Origin: Chrysochromulina tobinii
Taxonomy: Eukaryota
NCBI GenBank assembly: GCA_001275005.1
Contig: JWZX01003057.1
Location: forward strand, 1 to 39,783
Direction: 5' to 3'
DNA length: 39,783 nt
The translations under genes and the position numbers were made by a program. The notes beneath the pieces are model-generated. The model did no database searches and had not been told where the DNA came from. It saw nothing but the letters and a program-made list of their open reading frames with translations. Positions 10,722 to 22,181 of this stretch are shown here, one piece after another (positions within the stretch are counted from its first letter, which is position 1; every line of letters begins with the position of its first letter).

Positions 10722-11048
10722 CAGCTTCCGCTCCGTTCCGATTTTGGATCACTCGGCCCGTAGAGGTGCGTGCGCGGGTGGCAGCGTGGCTACAGCGTGG
10801 CTGAAGCAGACACACGGTCCTACGGAAAGGAAATACGTGCATAAACCGACCGACTTGCCGACAGGATTCCAGCCGACAAACCCTTGACTTGCAAAACCTC
10901 ATTTGCATGCAAGGTACCCTGATTCTATAGTGGCGCGATGTTGTGTTTAGACACGGGCACTTGTTCACATTCATAGGATTCCTAAACAGTCTGGAACTTG
11001 CAATTATCAGTGCAAGCACGCAACGAAACACAGCACCGTGACAAGGAA

Positions 11049-14000
11049 ATGTCGGCGCGTCACGTGGCTCGCGTGCTGAGCCAGCGCGCGCAGGAACATC
11101 CAGACTCGTCAGATGACGATTACGATGCTCCTAAGAAACCAATCCGCCCGGCGTTTCAGCTTCCCGTGGAGGGTGATGATGACGACAACGATAGTGAGGA
11201 GGAGGCGCTGCCGTTGGCCGCCGCGCATGCAGAGGCAGAGGACGACGGTGCGCATCCGGGAGCCGCACCAGCAGAGGGCGAGGACGACGATTTGGAGGAC
11301 GAGGATGGCCAGCCGCCTCAGGCGAAGGCTACGAAGAAGAAGAAGAAGAAGAAGAAGAACAGCAGCAGCAGCAAGCCGTCGTCGGCTGGTGCTGTGGGTG
11401 AGCCCGACGACGACGACGACGAGCGCGCGGTGCTGGAAGAGGCTGTCGCATCGAACTCGGCCGGCTCGCGTGCGGCGGCGATCGCGGCCGTTTGGATCGT
11501 GTCGGCGGGCGCTGTGGACGCCGACGGGGAGCTCAAGCGGAGATTTGGCGGGAAGGCGGTGCGTGCGGTGCAGCGGGAGGGCCTTGCCGCGAGCGCGGCG
11601 GCAAGGGGCGCGCGCGGCCCGCCCGCTCCTCGGCGCGTGCTCCTCGTCACACCCAAGCCCGAGTGGGGTCGACCCCACGGCCTTCTCAAAATGGAAAGCC
11701 GAGCGCTGGGAGATTCGAAGCTCTTCGAGTTCGTCTGGTCGGATGAGTACGTGCGACTCCAGCGGACTCTCGAATCACTCGTGCTCGCCTCGGCGGACCC
11801 AAACATGCTGATGGAGCTCCTTCATCACGAACCCTGCCACATCGGGGCGCTCCTGCAGCTCCATGACGTCGCGACGCATACGGGCCAGGTGAGGGGTCGA
11901 GGGGTCGCTGATGGCCTCTCGGAGGGTCGCTGATTGCCTCCCTGATTGCCACGGATGGCCTCTCGGAGGGTCGCTGATTGCCTCCCTGATTGCCACGGAT
12001 GGCCTCTCGGAGGGTCGCTGATTGCCTCCCTGATTGCGCCTCGGAGGGTCGCTGATTGCCTCCCTGATTGCGCCTCAGAGGGTCGCTGATTGCCTCCCTG
12101 ATTGCGCCTCGGAGGGTCGCTGATTGCCTCCCTGATTGCGCCTCAGGTTGAGCTCGCCTCGGAGCTCTTGCAGCGCGCAATCTGGTGCCACGAGGCGGCG
12201 GTGACGCCCGGTTTCGTCAACGCATGGCTCGCCGGCGGCGCGCGCATGCTCGGGAGCCTTCCCGCCAACCGGCCGTTCTTCCACGCGCTTCACAAGTACA
12301 CTGTGGCCGTCTCGCGTCGCGGGTGCCCGAAGGCCGCCGTCGCGCTGGCCAGCCTGCTGCTCTCCCTCGACCGCACTGACCCGACCCGAATCCGCTGCTG
12401 GCTCGACATCCTCTGCCTTCGTGCCTCCGAGCCCGCCCGCGTGTGGCTGCATGCACTCGAGTCTCCCGAGGCTTGCGACCGGCTGCCCGGCTTCGCCCTC
12501 TCGCACGCGCTCGCGCTCCACGAGCTCGCCGCCGCCGCTCAGGAGGGCGCGCCCAACACGGCGCTCGCCCACACGCCATTCGAAGCCGCCGCGCCGCCCG
12601 CCGGTCAGGCGCCGTCGTGGGCGGACGGCGGGCGCGCGCAGCTCAGTACGGCGCTGCTCACCTTTCCACAGCTGCTCCCCACAGCGCTGCAGGCGTGCGC
12701 GGCGAGCAGCGCCCCCGCCACGAAGCTCGCGGCGCGCTGGCGACGCGTCTTTGGCGAGGTGAGTGTCGTTAATTGCCTCTTGATTGCCACTGAGTGCATG
12801 CTGATTGCGCTGGCGACGCGTCTTTGGCGAGGCGAGACGGACGCCCAACACGACGCTGCGGCGCGCGTGCCGTCCCATGGCGGCCTCGTGGCAGACGAAA
12901 CCCTCAATCGGCGCACCTCGGGGCTGACGAAACCCCTGATCTTCACACCTCTTGGCTGACGAAACCCCTGATCTTCACACCTCTTGGCTGACGAAACCCC
13001 GGATCGTGCCCCCGATCTCGCATGCAGGTGCTGCGGACGGTGCCCAACACGGCGCGCCCAAACGGGACGCTCGACCATCTGATCACGCTATACTTCGAGC
13101 GTGCCGCCGAGCTCTGGGCCCGAACTGAGCCGTTGCGCTGGCTGCAGGAGGAGGCGACCAGGCTGCTCGATGCTCTCGAGGCTGCGGCGGCCGCCGAAAC
13201 GACGGCGCCCACGACGGCGCCCACGACGGCGCCCACGACGGCGCCCACGACGGCGCCCACGACGGCGCCCACGACGGCGCCCACGACGGCGGCCATCGAC
13301 GACGCACACCCGAGTCCGTCCTCGTCGTCTATGATGATGCCCCGAGTGCACGAGTCCGTCCTCGAGTGCGCGCGTGCTTCCGCGGCGAGGTGCCTTCGGT
13401 TCTACCCCCACTGACTGCCACTGATTGCCACTGATTGCCACTGATGAGCTATGATGATGACCTCTGATTGCCTCCCTCATCAGGTGCCTTCGGTTCTACC
13501 CCGCCGGTGGTCCTAATCTCCTACGGGGATGTGAGTACACGAAGCTGATCGCTGAGCAGGTCATCATGCCCCTCCCCTTGATGGCCTCTGATTGCCTCTC
13601 TCATCATGCCCGATGGCCTCTGATGGCCTCCGTCATCAGCTCTGATGACCTCTGATGGCCTCTGATGGCCTCGGATGACCTCGGATGAGCCTTCCTCATC
13701 AGGTTGTCATCCCGGAGGAGGAGGTGGTGCGCCCCGCCCCCCCGGCCCGCTCCAGAGCCGCCGCCCCCGCCCGCCGCCGCCGCCGCTGCCCAGGCCGGAC
13801 GCGTCGGCGGCGGGCGAGGCTGCTGGCGAGAGCGCGAGCGGCGATCTCGGAGCTGAGCTCGGCGATCATCTCGGCGAATTGTTCGAAGAGGCCAACGAGC
13901 TGAGCGAGCGCGTGCAGGAGCTCGAGCGCCTCGCAGCGCAGGTGATTGCTTCCCCTGATTGCGTGCTGATTGCGTGCTGATTGCCTCCTGATTGCACCTT

Positions 14001-14389
14001 GGATTGCTTCTTGAGTGCCTCTTGAATGCCTTTCACAAGAGCTCGAGCGTCTCCTGGCGCAGGGCGTGGCGCCGCACCTGCGCCCACTCTGATGACCTCT
14101 GATGACCTCTGATGACCTCCGATGACCTCTGATGACCTCTGATGACCTCCGATGACCTCTGATGACCTCCGATGACCTCTGATGACCTCTGCCGCAGGGC
14201 GTGGCGCCGCACCTGCGCGCCCTCATACGACAGCGGCTGGCCCACGTCGACGAGAAGCTCACGCGCTCGATGATTGCGACGGATGGCGCGAGTGCGGCCT
14301 CCCGAGAGGCGAAGCGCACGCTCATCAGCCGCCTGGACGGCCTGTGTGCGAGAGTGGCCGTATTGCAGGCAAAGGTGGGCGCCAACTAA
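11049..14389 (+). CDS. TCF25: TCF25/Rqc1 ribosome quality-control protein; exons 11049-11888, 12147-12758, 13028-13389, 13484-13559, 13703-13941, 14198-14389
   Basis: Acidic/Lys-rich N-terminus, ELKRRFG, PKPEW, F.F.WS.EY..LQ, DPN.L..LL...P.HI.ALLQL, NRPFF.AL...RRGC, LY.ERAAELW...WL. Introns are GT-AG. Exon 13703-13941 needs a 1-nt correction in a C/G run. Confidence 0.85.
11889..12146 (+). repeat. TCF25 intron 1, composed of ~34-39-bp GGAGGGTCGCTGATTGCCTCCCTGATTGC repeats
   Basis: CAG|GTGAGG ... CCTCAG|GTTGAG. Splicing restores HTGQ|VELASELLQRA. Confidence 0.85.
13199..13291 (+). repeat. Coding 12-bp minisatellite (TTAP)n
   Basis: ACGACGGCGCCC repeated about 7 times in a TCF25 exon. Confidence 0.9.
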
Positions 14390-14636
14390 AAGGCAAAGGT
14401 GGGCGCCAACTAAATGAATGTCGTCGCTTCAAGATCGAAGATGCATCGCTTCGAATCACGGACATCTGGGTCCTTTTTTCTCCCGCTTTGTTTGTGAAGT
14501 GAAGTGTGAAGGAACTTGAAAAGATGAAACGAATCCTGTGCGTCCGCCGCACCGTGGCAGGGGTCGGGCTTCATATCACCGCTTCGGAAGGGCCGGCTGA
14601 AGTGGGGGCGTCGAGTGCCCTTCTCGACCGCCCGAC

Positions 14637-17032
14637 ATGCCCGAAGTCAGCATTCAGATCGTCGAGTCGCGTGCTCCAGCTCCACTGAAGCGCTTCCAGG
14701 AGGCGGGCAAGAGTGTCATGCACTCGTCATCGCTGACGGTCGTGCTGCCGGTGTCCGTGCTCGAGGACGCCCAATGGCCTGCGATGGGGCCGTTCGATGG
14801 ACGAACTCAACCGCCAAAGGACGAAGACGAAGAGGCTCAGCTCGAGGAGCTGCGCCGCAAGCGCCAGGAAAAGCTCGAGGCCGTGCAGGCGTTGGGCGGT
14901 CACGCTGCAGGCAAGCGGATGACGGGGCGTCAGCGGGCGCGCTGGATGATTGAGGGCTGGAAGTGGCAGCTCTTCCTGCTCGTGGTTGCGATTATTGACA
15001 TTGCGATGCTCTTCGTGGAGCTGAATGCAGGCCCCGGGGCCATGATTCCCGTGGCGGTGGTCACCTTCGTTGTGCTCTTCATTTTTGTGGTCGACTTAAT
15101 CATCCGGTACTATGCGTTCCGCAACAAGCTCTTCAGCTCGTTTTGGTTCTGGTTCGACTTTTTCGTGGTGGCGTTCTCCATTGTGCTCTTCCTGATCGGG
15201 CTTGGGTTTGGCAGCACGGACGCCGAAGTGGGCCAGAGCGGTTCTACGGCGGCGCGCGGCGGCAAGGCGCTGCGCGGCATGATCGTTGCCCTACGCTGGT
15301 TGCGTGCTGCCCGCCTCGTCATCAAGCTAACCCAGGTGAAGGGCGGCGCCTCGACGGCCGCGCGCCACGCGACCGGAGAGAACAAGAAGCGCTACGTGGA
15401 CCTCGAGCACGGCTTCGACCTCGATCTCGCCTACGTGCTGCCCGACTTGATCGCCATGTCCGTGCCGGCGATCGGATGGACCGCGCTCTACCGCAATCCA
15501 CTACCCGAGGTCGCTCGCTTTCTCGAGCTGCGCCACGGCAAGGGCGGGTACACGATCATCAACTGCTGCCCGGAGCTGCCGTACCCGCCCGACAAGTTCA
15601 AATCAGGCGAGGTCGTGCGCTTCGACATCCAGGACCACACGCCGCCAAACATGCTCCAATTCGTCTCGTTCCTCAACTCGATGCGCCACAAGCCCGCCTC
15701 GCATACGCTCGCGATCCACTGCCGCGGCGGCAAGGGGCGCACTGGCTCGATGTGCTGTGCGTGGCTGCTCTACTCGCGCGCGTGCCTCGACGCGGACGAC
15801 GCCCTCACGCACTTTGCTCTCGAGAGAACGGAGCTCTCCCTCGGAAAGAAGAAGATCCAGGTTCGTTGATTGCCATTGATGAGCTGCCTTGCATGCAAGT
15901 GCTCACCGCAGCGCTCCCACCTGCCGCTCTCGAGTTACAGGGCGTCGACACCCCCTCGCAGCGCCGGTACGTTCACCAGCTCGACGCGCTGTTGCGAGCG
16001 CAGAGTGCCTACCTGACCGAGCCCACGAGACGGCGCCGCGCGCCCGCCTCCACCTCAGACGCGCAGGGCGAGGAGTCGGCCACGAGCCTGAGGGAGGAGA
16101 GCAGCAGCAGTAGCAGCAGCTGCTGGAGCCCCGATGGCACGGATGGCAGCTGCCGGAGCCCTAATGGTCGGCCGGCAGGATCGCTCGTGCGACCACCAGC
16201 GTGCCCCACCGCTTCGATGCGCTCGCTCGACCTCGTCAATTGGTACGCGAAGGCTCCCAAGGGCGCGCTCGTGTGTGCGGTGCATCGCAACGGCGGTGAG
16301 GGTGAGGACCGTGGCAAAGTGGTTCACTGGTCGCCGCCGGTGCGCGACTTCTCCACCGCGGGCTCTTTGATCTCGTTTGATCTCGCTGGGGTCGACGTGG
16401 ATGGCGACGTTCGGGTCTCCGTATTCGCCCTCGACGACCTCCTCAAGGTGCGGCGCAAGCGGCTCAAGAAGGGCCTGGCGGCGCGGCTGCCGTTCGACGC
16501 GGCGCCGACGGGTCCGTGGGAGGATACCGCTGACACGCCCGAGACGGCCATGCGTCAGAAAAAGTCGAAGAAGGACGACAAGCGCGTCATTGCGGGCAAG
16601 GAGAGCGGGTGCAAGTTCTTCTTGCTCTTCCACACGGGTTTCGTTAGCAGTACGGGCGAGATGCCGGTGCCGCTCAAGATGATGGACAAGGCCTTTAAGA
16701 ACAAGGGGAAGAAGTACCGTCCGGAGGGCGTCGCCACGCTGCGCTTCGAGTTGCTCGAGAAAGCTTCGATCAAACCGACCCTTGGGGCGGCCGTCGATCA
16801 GGCAGTCGGCGCACATGAGGCTGAGCTAAGCGCCGACCCAAGCGCCGACTCGTCGACGTCGAGCGCCACGCGCAATCAAGGGGCACTCGCCCGCGCGCGC
16901 AAGGCAAGTGGGGCGTCGTCGTCGGTGGAGACGTCGGCGATGCCCGAGACGACGCGACCGACGGGTGAGAGCACCGCGCTCGCTGAGATGATGGCGGCGG
17001 CCGAGGGCGATCGATCGGACGACCAAATCTGA
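14637..17032 (+). CDS. Voltage-sensing phosphatase (TPTE/VSP-like): voltage-sensor domain + PTEN phosphatase + C2; intron 15861-15940
   Basis: Four TM segments with FWFWFDFFVV and an Arg-periodic S4 (LRWLRAARLVIK). NKKRY...GFDLDLAYV, LYRNP, DHTPP, active site HCRGGKGRTG. Spliced IQ|GVDTPSQRRYV. C2-like GDVRV..F and FHTGFV...MDKA.K. Confidence 0.9.
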
Positions 17033-17713
17033 CCAAATCTGAGCAAATCTGACCAAATCTGAGCAGGCAGGAGGACTAGCGTTCCAACTCAACCCGTCTT
17101 GTGCGCTCTCCGGCCAGTCAGACTCATTAATGTGGTGCATGCTCATGTTCGCGTCCTCAGGGGATCGGCTGTGGGGTGTGTCCGGGAAGATAACGGGGGG
17201 CGCACATGCGTTATGCTGCCTGTGCTCGCGTATATCCCCCCCCCACCGCACGCGCGCGGCGCGTCGTTCCACTCGTTCTCCCGTCTCCCCCTCCGTATCT
17301 CCCAGAGTCGATGCTCGTTCGTGCGGCCGAGGTGGGGCGGTACGCCGCGTATTCGATTGCGGTGATCGAGTGATCTAGTATGACGTATACGTAACTCGAC
17401 TGTGGATAGAAGGTTCTGCCTCTTCTGCGCTGACGCCCACACTCACACTCTCGCGTCTGCAGCGGGGCGTCTCAAACTCAATCTACTCCGCTACACACCG
17501 CACTGTCGTCGCTGAGTTCTGTATTCTCCAAAAACGACATCGAACATGCAAACACGAAACCAGCGCCCCGGCCAGAGATCCAGCCGCGGGCCCACCTGTG
17601 TAGTTTGTAGTGTGCTGGTGTAGTGTATTCGGAATTCGCCGATTATCCGTATAAGAAGAAGTTAGTATTCGTATCTGTACAATCTGAAGCAAGTACACAT
17701 CGTCGTCTCTTCA

Positions 17714-18607
17714 TCATTGATCCAAGGCGGTTTGGCGGGCGGCCATGTCAATCAGGAGTTGCAGCGCAGCTCCGCCGCAGGGCGGTATCACTGCCCCGCC
17801 CGCGCTGTCCGTCGTCGAGGCTGACGACGGCTGTGCCATCCTCGCACAAGCGGCGCCGGCACCAAGGTGGTTACCGGTACCGGCACCAGTGGCTACGGCA
17901 GCGGGGCCCTCTTTGATCGCAATCCATGCGCCCGGTGCTGAGGTCGAGGCCGACGCGGCGCCTTCTGCTATCGAGGCTGCCACGCCCGCCGGCCCACCCA
18001 CCGATGGCCCGCTCGCCGTCGACCCGCCTGCCGCAAACGGCCCGCTCGCCGTCGACCCGCCTGCCGTCGCAACGGCCGCAAACGCCAGCACCGCAGGCAC
18101 CGCCATTCGCGGCGGCGGCGGCACTTCCGGCAACGCAAGTGCCGATGGCGCAAGGACCGGCGGATCGCCAAGTCCGTGCCCTAATTCTAATGGGGTGGGG
18201 GGCGGATGTGCAAGCGCCACTGGTGGTGGTGCTGGTTGCGCCGGAGCAGGCGGTGGAAAGACAACCGGCACGGATCGTGCCATCGATGCCACTGCCACTG
18301 CAGCTGGGCCGAGGGCCTGGGGAGGGCGGCTGTCACGAATCAGGCTGCGGCGGCTTACGCCGTCGGGGGTGATGCGGACAGCGTCCCCCGTGGCCGTGGT
18401 CAAGTGCAACGTCGTGCCATCTGGGTGGACGAGGGTTGCATTGCCGTTTTCCATGAGATGTACTGTGATGCCATTCGGCTCACGCACGATGCCAGGAACC
18501 CAGCGTCCATGAAGAGCCGTTCGCCGATTCAGCGTTCGGTAGAGACGGCGCTTGTCGTTGTTGAGCTCGTTCTGACCCTTTTTCGCCTCCCGCGAAGAAG
18601 GCATCAC
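17714..18607 (-). CDS. Hypothetical Pro/Ala-rich protein
   Basis: 297-aa ORF with a globular-looking N-terminal third and a low-complexity remainder. No recognised domain. Confidence 0.35.
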   Translation of the reverse strand: MMPSSREAKKGQNELNNDKRRLYRTLNRRTALHGRWVPGIVREPNGITVHLMENGNATLVHPDGTTLHLTTATGDAVRITPDGVSRRSLIRDSRPPQALGPAAVAVASMARSVPVVFPPPAPAQPAPPPVALAHPPPTPLELGHGLGDPPVLAPSALALPEVPPPPRMAVPAVLAFAAVATAGGSTASGPFAAGGSTASGPSVGGPAGVAASIAEGAASASTSAPGAWIAIKEGPAAVATGAGTGNHLGAGAACARMAQPSSASTTDSAGGAVIPPCGGAALQLLIDMAARQTALDQ

Positions 18608-19086
18608 GCACCGTGTGATCGGAGAAAGGCGGACGCGATGGCACTGGCGGTGCTGCAGCCGGCCAGCGCTTGACTGGACGATGGGACACTTTCCCCTTAA
18701 CGCCCCTCACTTCGGGGTCCCTTCAGGCGTCGAGCGGCGGGTGCCCCTCGGATGGTCAGAAGAAGCCCTCGTGTCTGGAAGCCCCTGAACCTCGATGAAA
18801 TTTAACGAAATCGAGTGTGAACATCCGGATGCTACCGAAGATGACAGACCTCGTGCGCAGACCGCACACCTACATGTATCTAAACTACTTACGCGTGGGG
18901 CGTGGCGCGCAGCTAGCTGCAACTCACATCGCACCCGTGTGACTTGTAGCGGGCAGGGGGTGCCACTGCGTCGCAGAGCACGTGCCCCCATGAGCCATGA
19001 CAAGCCCCACGAGCGACGCACGTGCAACGACCATGCAGGCGACCATGCATGCGATCATGCATGGGGCAACCATGGCAACGACCCAC

Positions 19087-19953
19087 CTAGCGCGAAAGAA
19101 GGCTGCTGAGGAGCGAGTCGCCGACGGCGGTGGCGCTCGCTGCCTGCTGTCCGACGACCTTACGCTGCTTGAAGCGCCGGCGCACCTGCCGCAGCCCCTC
19201 GTCCTCCTCCTCCTCCGTCGCCACCCGGCTGCGTCTTGGTGCGGACTCACCTTCGGCATGCTTCGCCTTCTTTCGCAGCGGTGGCTGGTCAGTGGCCGCT
19301 GGGCCCGCCGGGTCGCCGCCGCTGCCGCCGCTCGCCTCAGCGGCGCGCTTGCGCTTGCGATCCTCCATCGCGTCGATCGCCTTCGCTTGCTCCACCTTTT
19401 GTAGATAGAAGGAGGTTTCCTTCTTGGCCTGAGAGAGCTCTGCCTGCATCTTGTCTCGGCGCACGCGCGCCTCGTACGCAATTTTCTCGGTCAAGTGCGC
19501 CCACTTGAACCGGTGCAAATACTTGACGTTCCACAGGTCGTGCGCGTAAAAGTCGCGGTTGCCGCCGCCGATGGGCGTGTTGTTGAGCGTCGACGCGATT
19601 CGTTTGGCGCGCCGCTTGTTGTCAAACTCGACCCAGGCCTCGGTGAAGTTCTTCTTCTTGTTGCCGCCTGCACGCACGCGGCCGGCGCGCGCCGAGGCGT
19701 CCTCGGGGGCCAGATAGACGCGCAAAACCTCGGTGCCCATTCCCTCAAGCAAGTTGCGCAGCTTGTTGGGTTTCATGAACGGTGGGATCCGCGAGAAGTA
19801 GAGGACACCGCGGTTCTCGGCCTCGGCGAGGTGCTTTTCGAGCTTTTTCGCCGTCAGAGGCTTGATGACCTTCTTCTTCGGCTTCGTAGGAGCCTGCTCA
19901 TCCGCGGCGTCCGCAGCCGATCCCGAACTGGAAGGGCCAGCGGAGGCGTCCAT
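19087..19953 (-). CDS. ESF2: Pre-rRNA processing protein ESF2/ABT1
   Basis: GVLYFSRIPPFMKP.KLR.LL, RVYLAPED, FTEAWVEF..KR.AK..A..LNNTPIGG, DLWNVKYL.RFKW.HLTE.IAYE. Confidence 0.93.
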   Translation of the reverse strand: MDASAGPSSSGSAADAADEQAPTKPKKKVIKPLTAKKLEKHLAEAENRGVLYFSRIPPFMKPNKLRNLLEGMGTEVLRVYLAPEDASARAGRVRAGGNKKKNFTEAWVEFDNKRRAKRIASTLNNTPIGGGNRDFYAHDLWNVKYLHRFKWAHLTEKIAYEARVRRDKMQAELSQAKKETSFYLQKVEQAKAIDAMEDRKRKRAAEASGGSGGDPAGPAATDQPPLRKKAKHAEGESAPRRSRVATEEEEDEGLRQVRRRFKQRKVVGQQAASATAVGDSLLSSLLSR

Positions 19954-20279
19954 GTCGTTTACCGGTACGCGACGTGGACTCTTGCCGCCGTGTCGGGCGT
20001 TTACGATACGCGTCGGCTGGTTCGTGCTGTCTCGCGAGCACCCGATTGGGATCGCGGGCTGATGCGGCAGCTGCACATGATGTCGATAGTGTCGCTCGAT
20101 AAGTCCAGGCAGGGGTGGCAACCAGCTCTGGCCGTCAACCGCCTGTGCCGCTGCGAGCAAACTCGCTAGTGCCAAAGTTAGGCTCAAGCGGCCTTCCTTG
20201 AAGCCTGCTCGTATCTCCACCTCTTGCTGTACTGACTACTGTGGGAGGCGGCGGCGCCGGACGATGCGAGCGGCCGTGG

Positions 20280-21972
20280 CTGTGAGCTGGAGATTGGCTC
20301 CAGCCACACAAGCTAGAGCTACAATGGGCGCACATTCACCGTGCTGCACAAGCTCAAAGGTGCGTGAACTGCGCAGCTCAGCCCGTCATGACCGAGGCGG
20401 AGAAGAAGGCCCGCGGGCTCGAGTGGATTGTGGACGTCATAGTGCAACTACCTAAGTACTACCTAGAAACAACCTAACTACCTAGCAACTGACCTGACAA
20501 CTGCACTGTCCCGTTGTACTACGACGCCGACAAATATGCCGTGCCGCGAAGCGTGCATTTTGGCATCAACGAAGACCGTGCATCATCGTTGCCGGCCCCG
20601 CAGGTCCACTTCGCCCTTGTGCCAAACTCATCGAGATCGGCCTGCTCACCGTGTTGGTGGCACCGTTGCTGCCATCACGGAGCGGGAGCTCAGTGCGGAA
20701 TCCGTGCGGAGCCACACGCACTCACCTCACACCTGTGAGCTGGAGATTGGCTCCAGCCACAGCTACAATGGGCGCACATAGGGCGCACATTCACCGTGCT
20801 GCACAAGCTCAAAGGTGCGTGAACTGCGCAGCTCAGCCCGTAAGCTGGACAATCCTCTGCTCTGTGCTCCGGCGGGTACCAGAGGTCCCTGAAGGTCTTG
20901 AGCCGGCCAGCGCCCGCACCTTCGCTACATATGGCACGCCAACGCCAACCCTCAGTCAATGAAAGCCTTCAGCCTGCAGGATGTAACGGCGAAGGCGATT
21001 TGCCTTTCGAAGACGAACCCTCAGCCGCCAGTTCGGCAGCTGATCCAGCTACAGAACCCGGCGGCGGGGGGTGCTGGCGACCGCAGCGACTTCTTCCCTC
21101 ACCGGCCGGGAGATGTACGTACGGATGGCTCGAGGGCTACGTGGAGGAGGAGCAAGGCGCGGCCTCGAACGAGCTCGCGCAGAAGGTCGTCGAGCTCGGC
21201 ACGGAGGGCGTCGGCACGGCGGCGTGGATGCACGCCCGCTGGCACGGCGCCGCCGGCCCACTCATCGTGCTGTGCACGGACACCGAGGAGCAGCGCCAGA
21301 CGGTCTACGTCTCTACGAGCTCACTGGCGTCCTCGTCGCGCCGCTCGACTTCGAGGCGGCGCACACGGTGGGGCAGTCCGCCACGCAGTCCACCAAGTGG
21401 ATGCAGCAGAAGACGCGCCGCACCCTGAACTTCAACCCCCTGCTGGAGGCGCTCAAGGCCGGACCAGCCAAGCCGTTCGCCAAGCTCCTCGAGAAGCAAG
21501 ACGGCGGCTGCGCGTTCTTCTACAACGGCATCAAACACAAGGACAAGTCCTTGACCAACGAGCGCGTCATGCTCCGGCTCACCCAGACGCCCAAGAAGAT
21601 CCATTACCTGATGGTCGAAGGCGCCGACCACATCGTGTACTACAACATCGAGATGAAGGGTCCGTGTGCCTCAGGCTGTGAAGGCGACGCCACCATCCTC
21701 GCCAAGCGGCAACACGCGGTGCCCAAGCCGGAGGCGGATGGCAACGGCCTCATCACCATCCTGGTGACGCTCACGGACCAGCCGTGCGACTTCCGCACCA
21801 TCGCACCAAGATGATGGCGGCGCTCGAGAAGGTCAAGTCGGTCGAGGAGCCCTGGGAGGAGTTCAGCACGGCCGGCAACCGCAAGGGCCAGTTCGACCAC
21901 CTCACGAAGTCGCAGAGAAGCGAGGGTGCCGTGCTGCACAAGCTCAAAGGTGCGTGAACTGCGCAGCTCAGC
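20280..21972 (+). repeat. Dispersed direct repeat, three copies
   Basis: The 44-nt CCGTGCTGCACAAGCTCAAAGGTGCGTGAACTGCGCAGCTCAGC is identical at 20339, 20794 and 21929. The first two copies extend about 60 nt upstream (from 20280 and 20733). Confidence 0.95.
21110..21957 (+). pseudogene. Frameshifted ORF of unknown function
   Basis: Strongly GC3-biased coding signal continues across two frame switches: ~21310 (TVYV/YELTGVLV) and ~21805 (DFRTI/TKMMAALEKV..VLHKLKGA*). Confidence 0.6.
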
Positions 21973-22181
21973 AGACAACGGTAAATGGCGCCGCCGCCAA
22001 TTCGCAATTGGCCACCGCGCATGAACGCCTCAGGCCTTTCCAAAGGCATCAAGAGCACAAGAGCTATCCTGCCATTCCCCACCTTCCCCCCCTTCCCCCT
22101 CTTCCCCCGTCCCCACATCATTGCATGCTAGGAACCTACCGGTCCACACCGCTTTTCCCACAAGAACGCCAGGGGTTTTCG

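Noticed and set aside
13703..13941. Programmed frameshift in TCF25
   Set aside because: The 1-nt discrepancy falls in C/G homopolymer runs, so a sequencing indel is the simpler explanation.
17460..17480. CAGCGGGGCGTCTCAAACT as a hAT-like terminal inverted repeat
   Set aside because: I found no matching inverted copy in the window.
20339..21972. 44-nt triple repeat as CRISPR repeats or LTRs
   Set aside because: Spacing is 455 and 1135 bp. There are no TG..CA ends, PBS/PPT or gag-pol.
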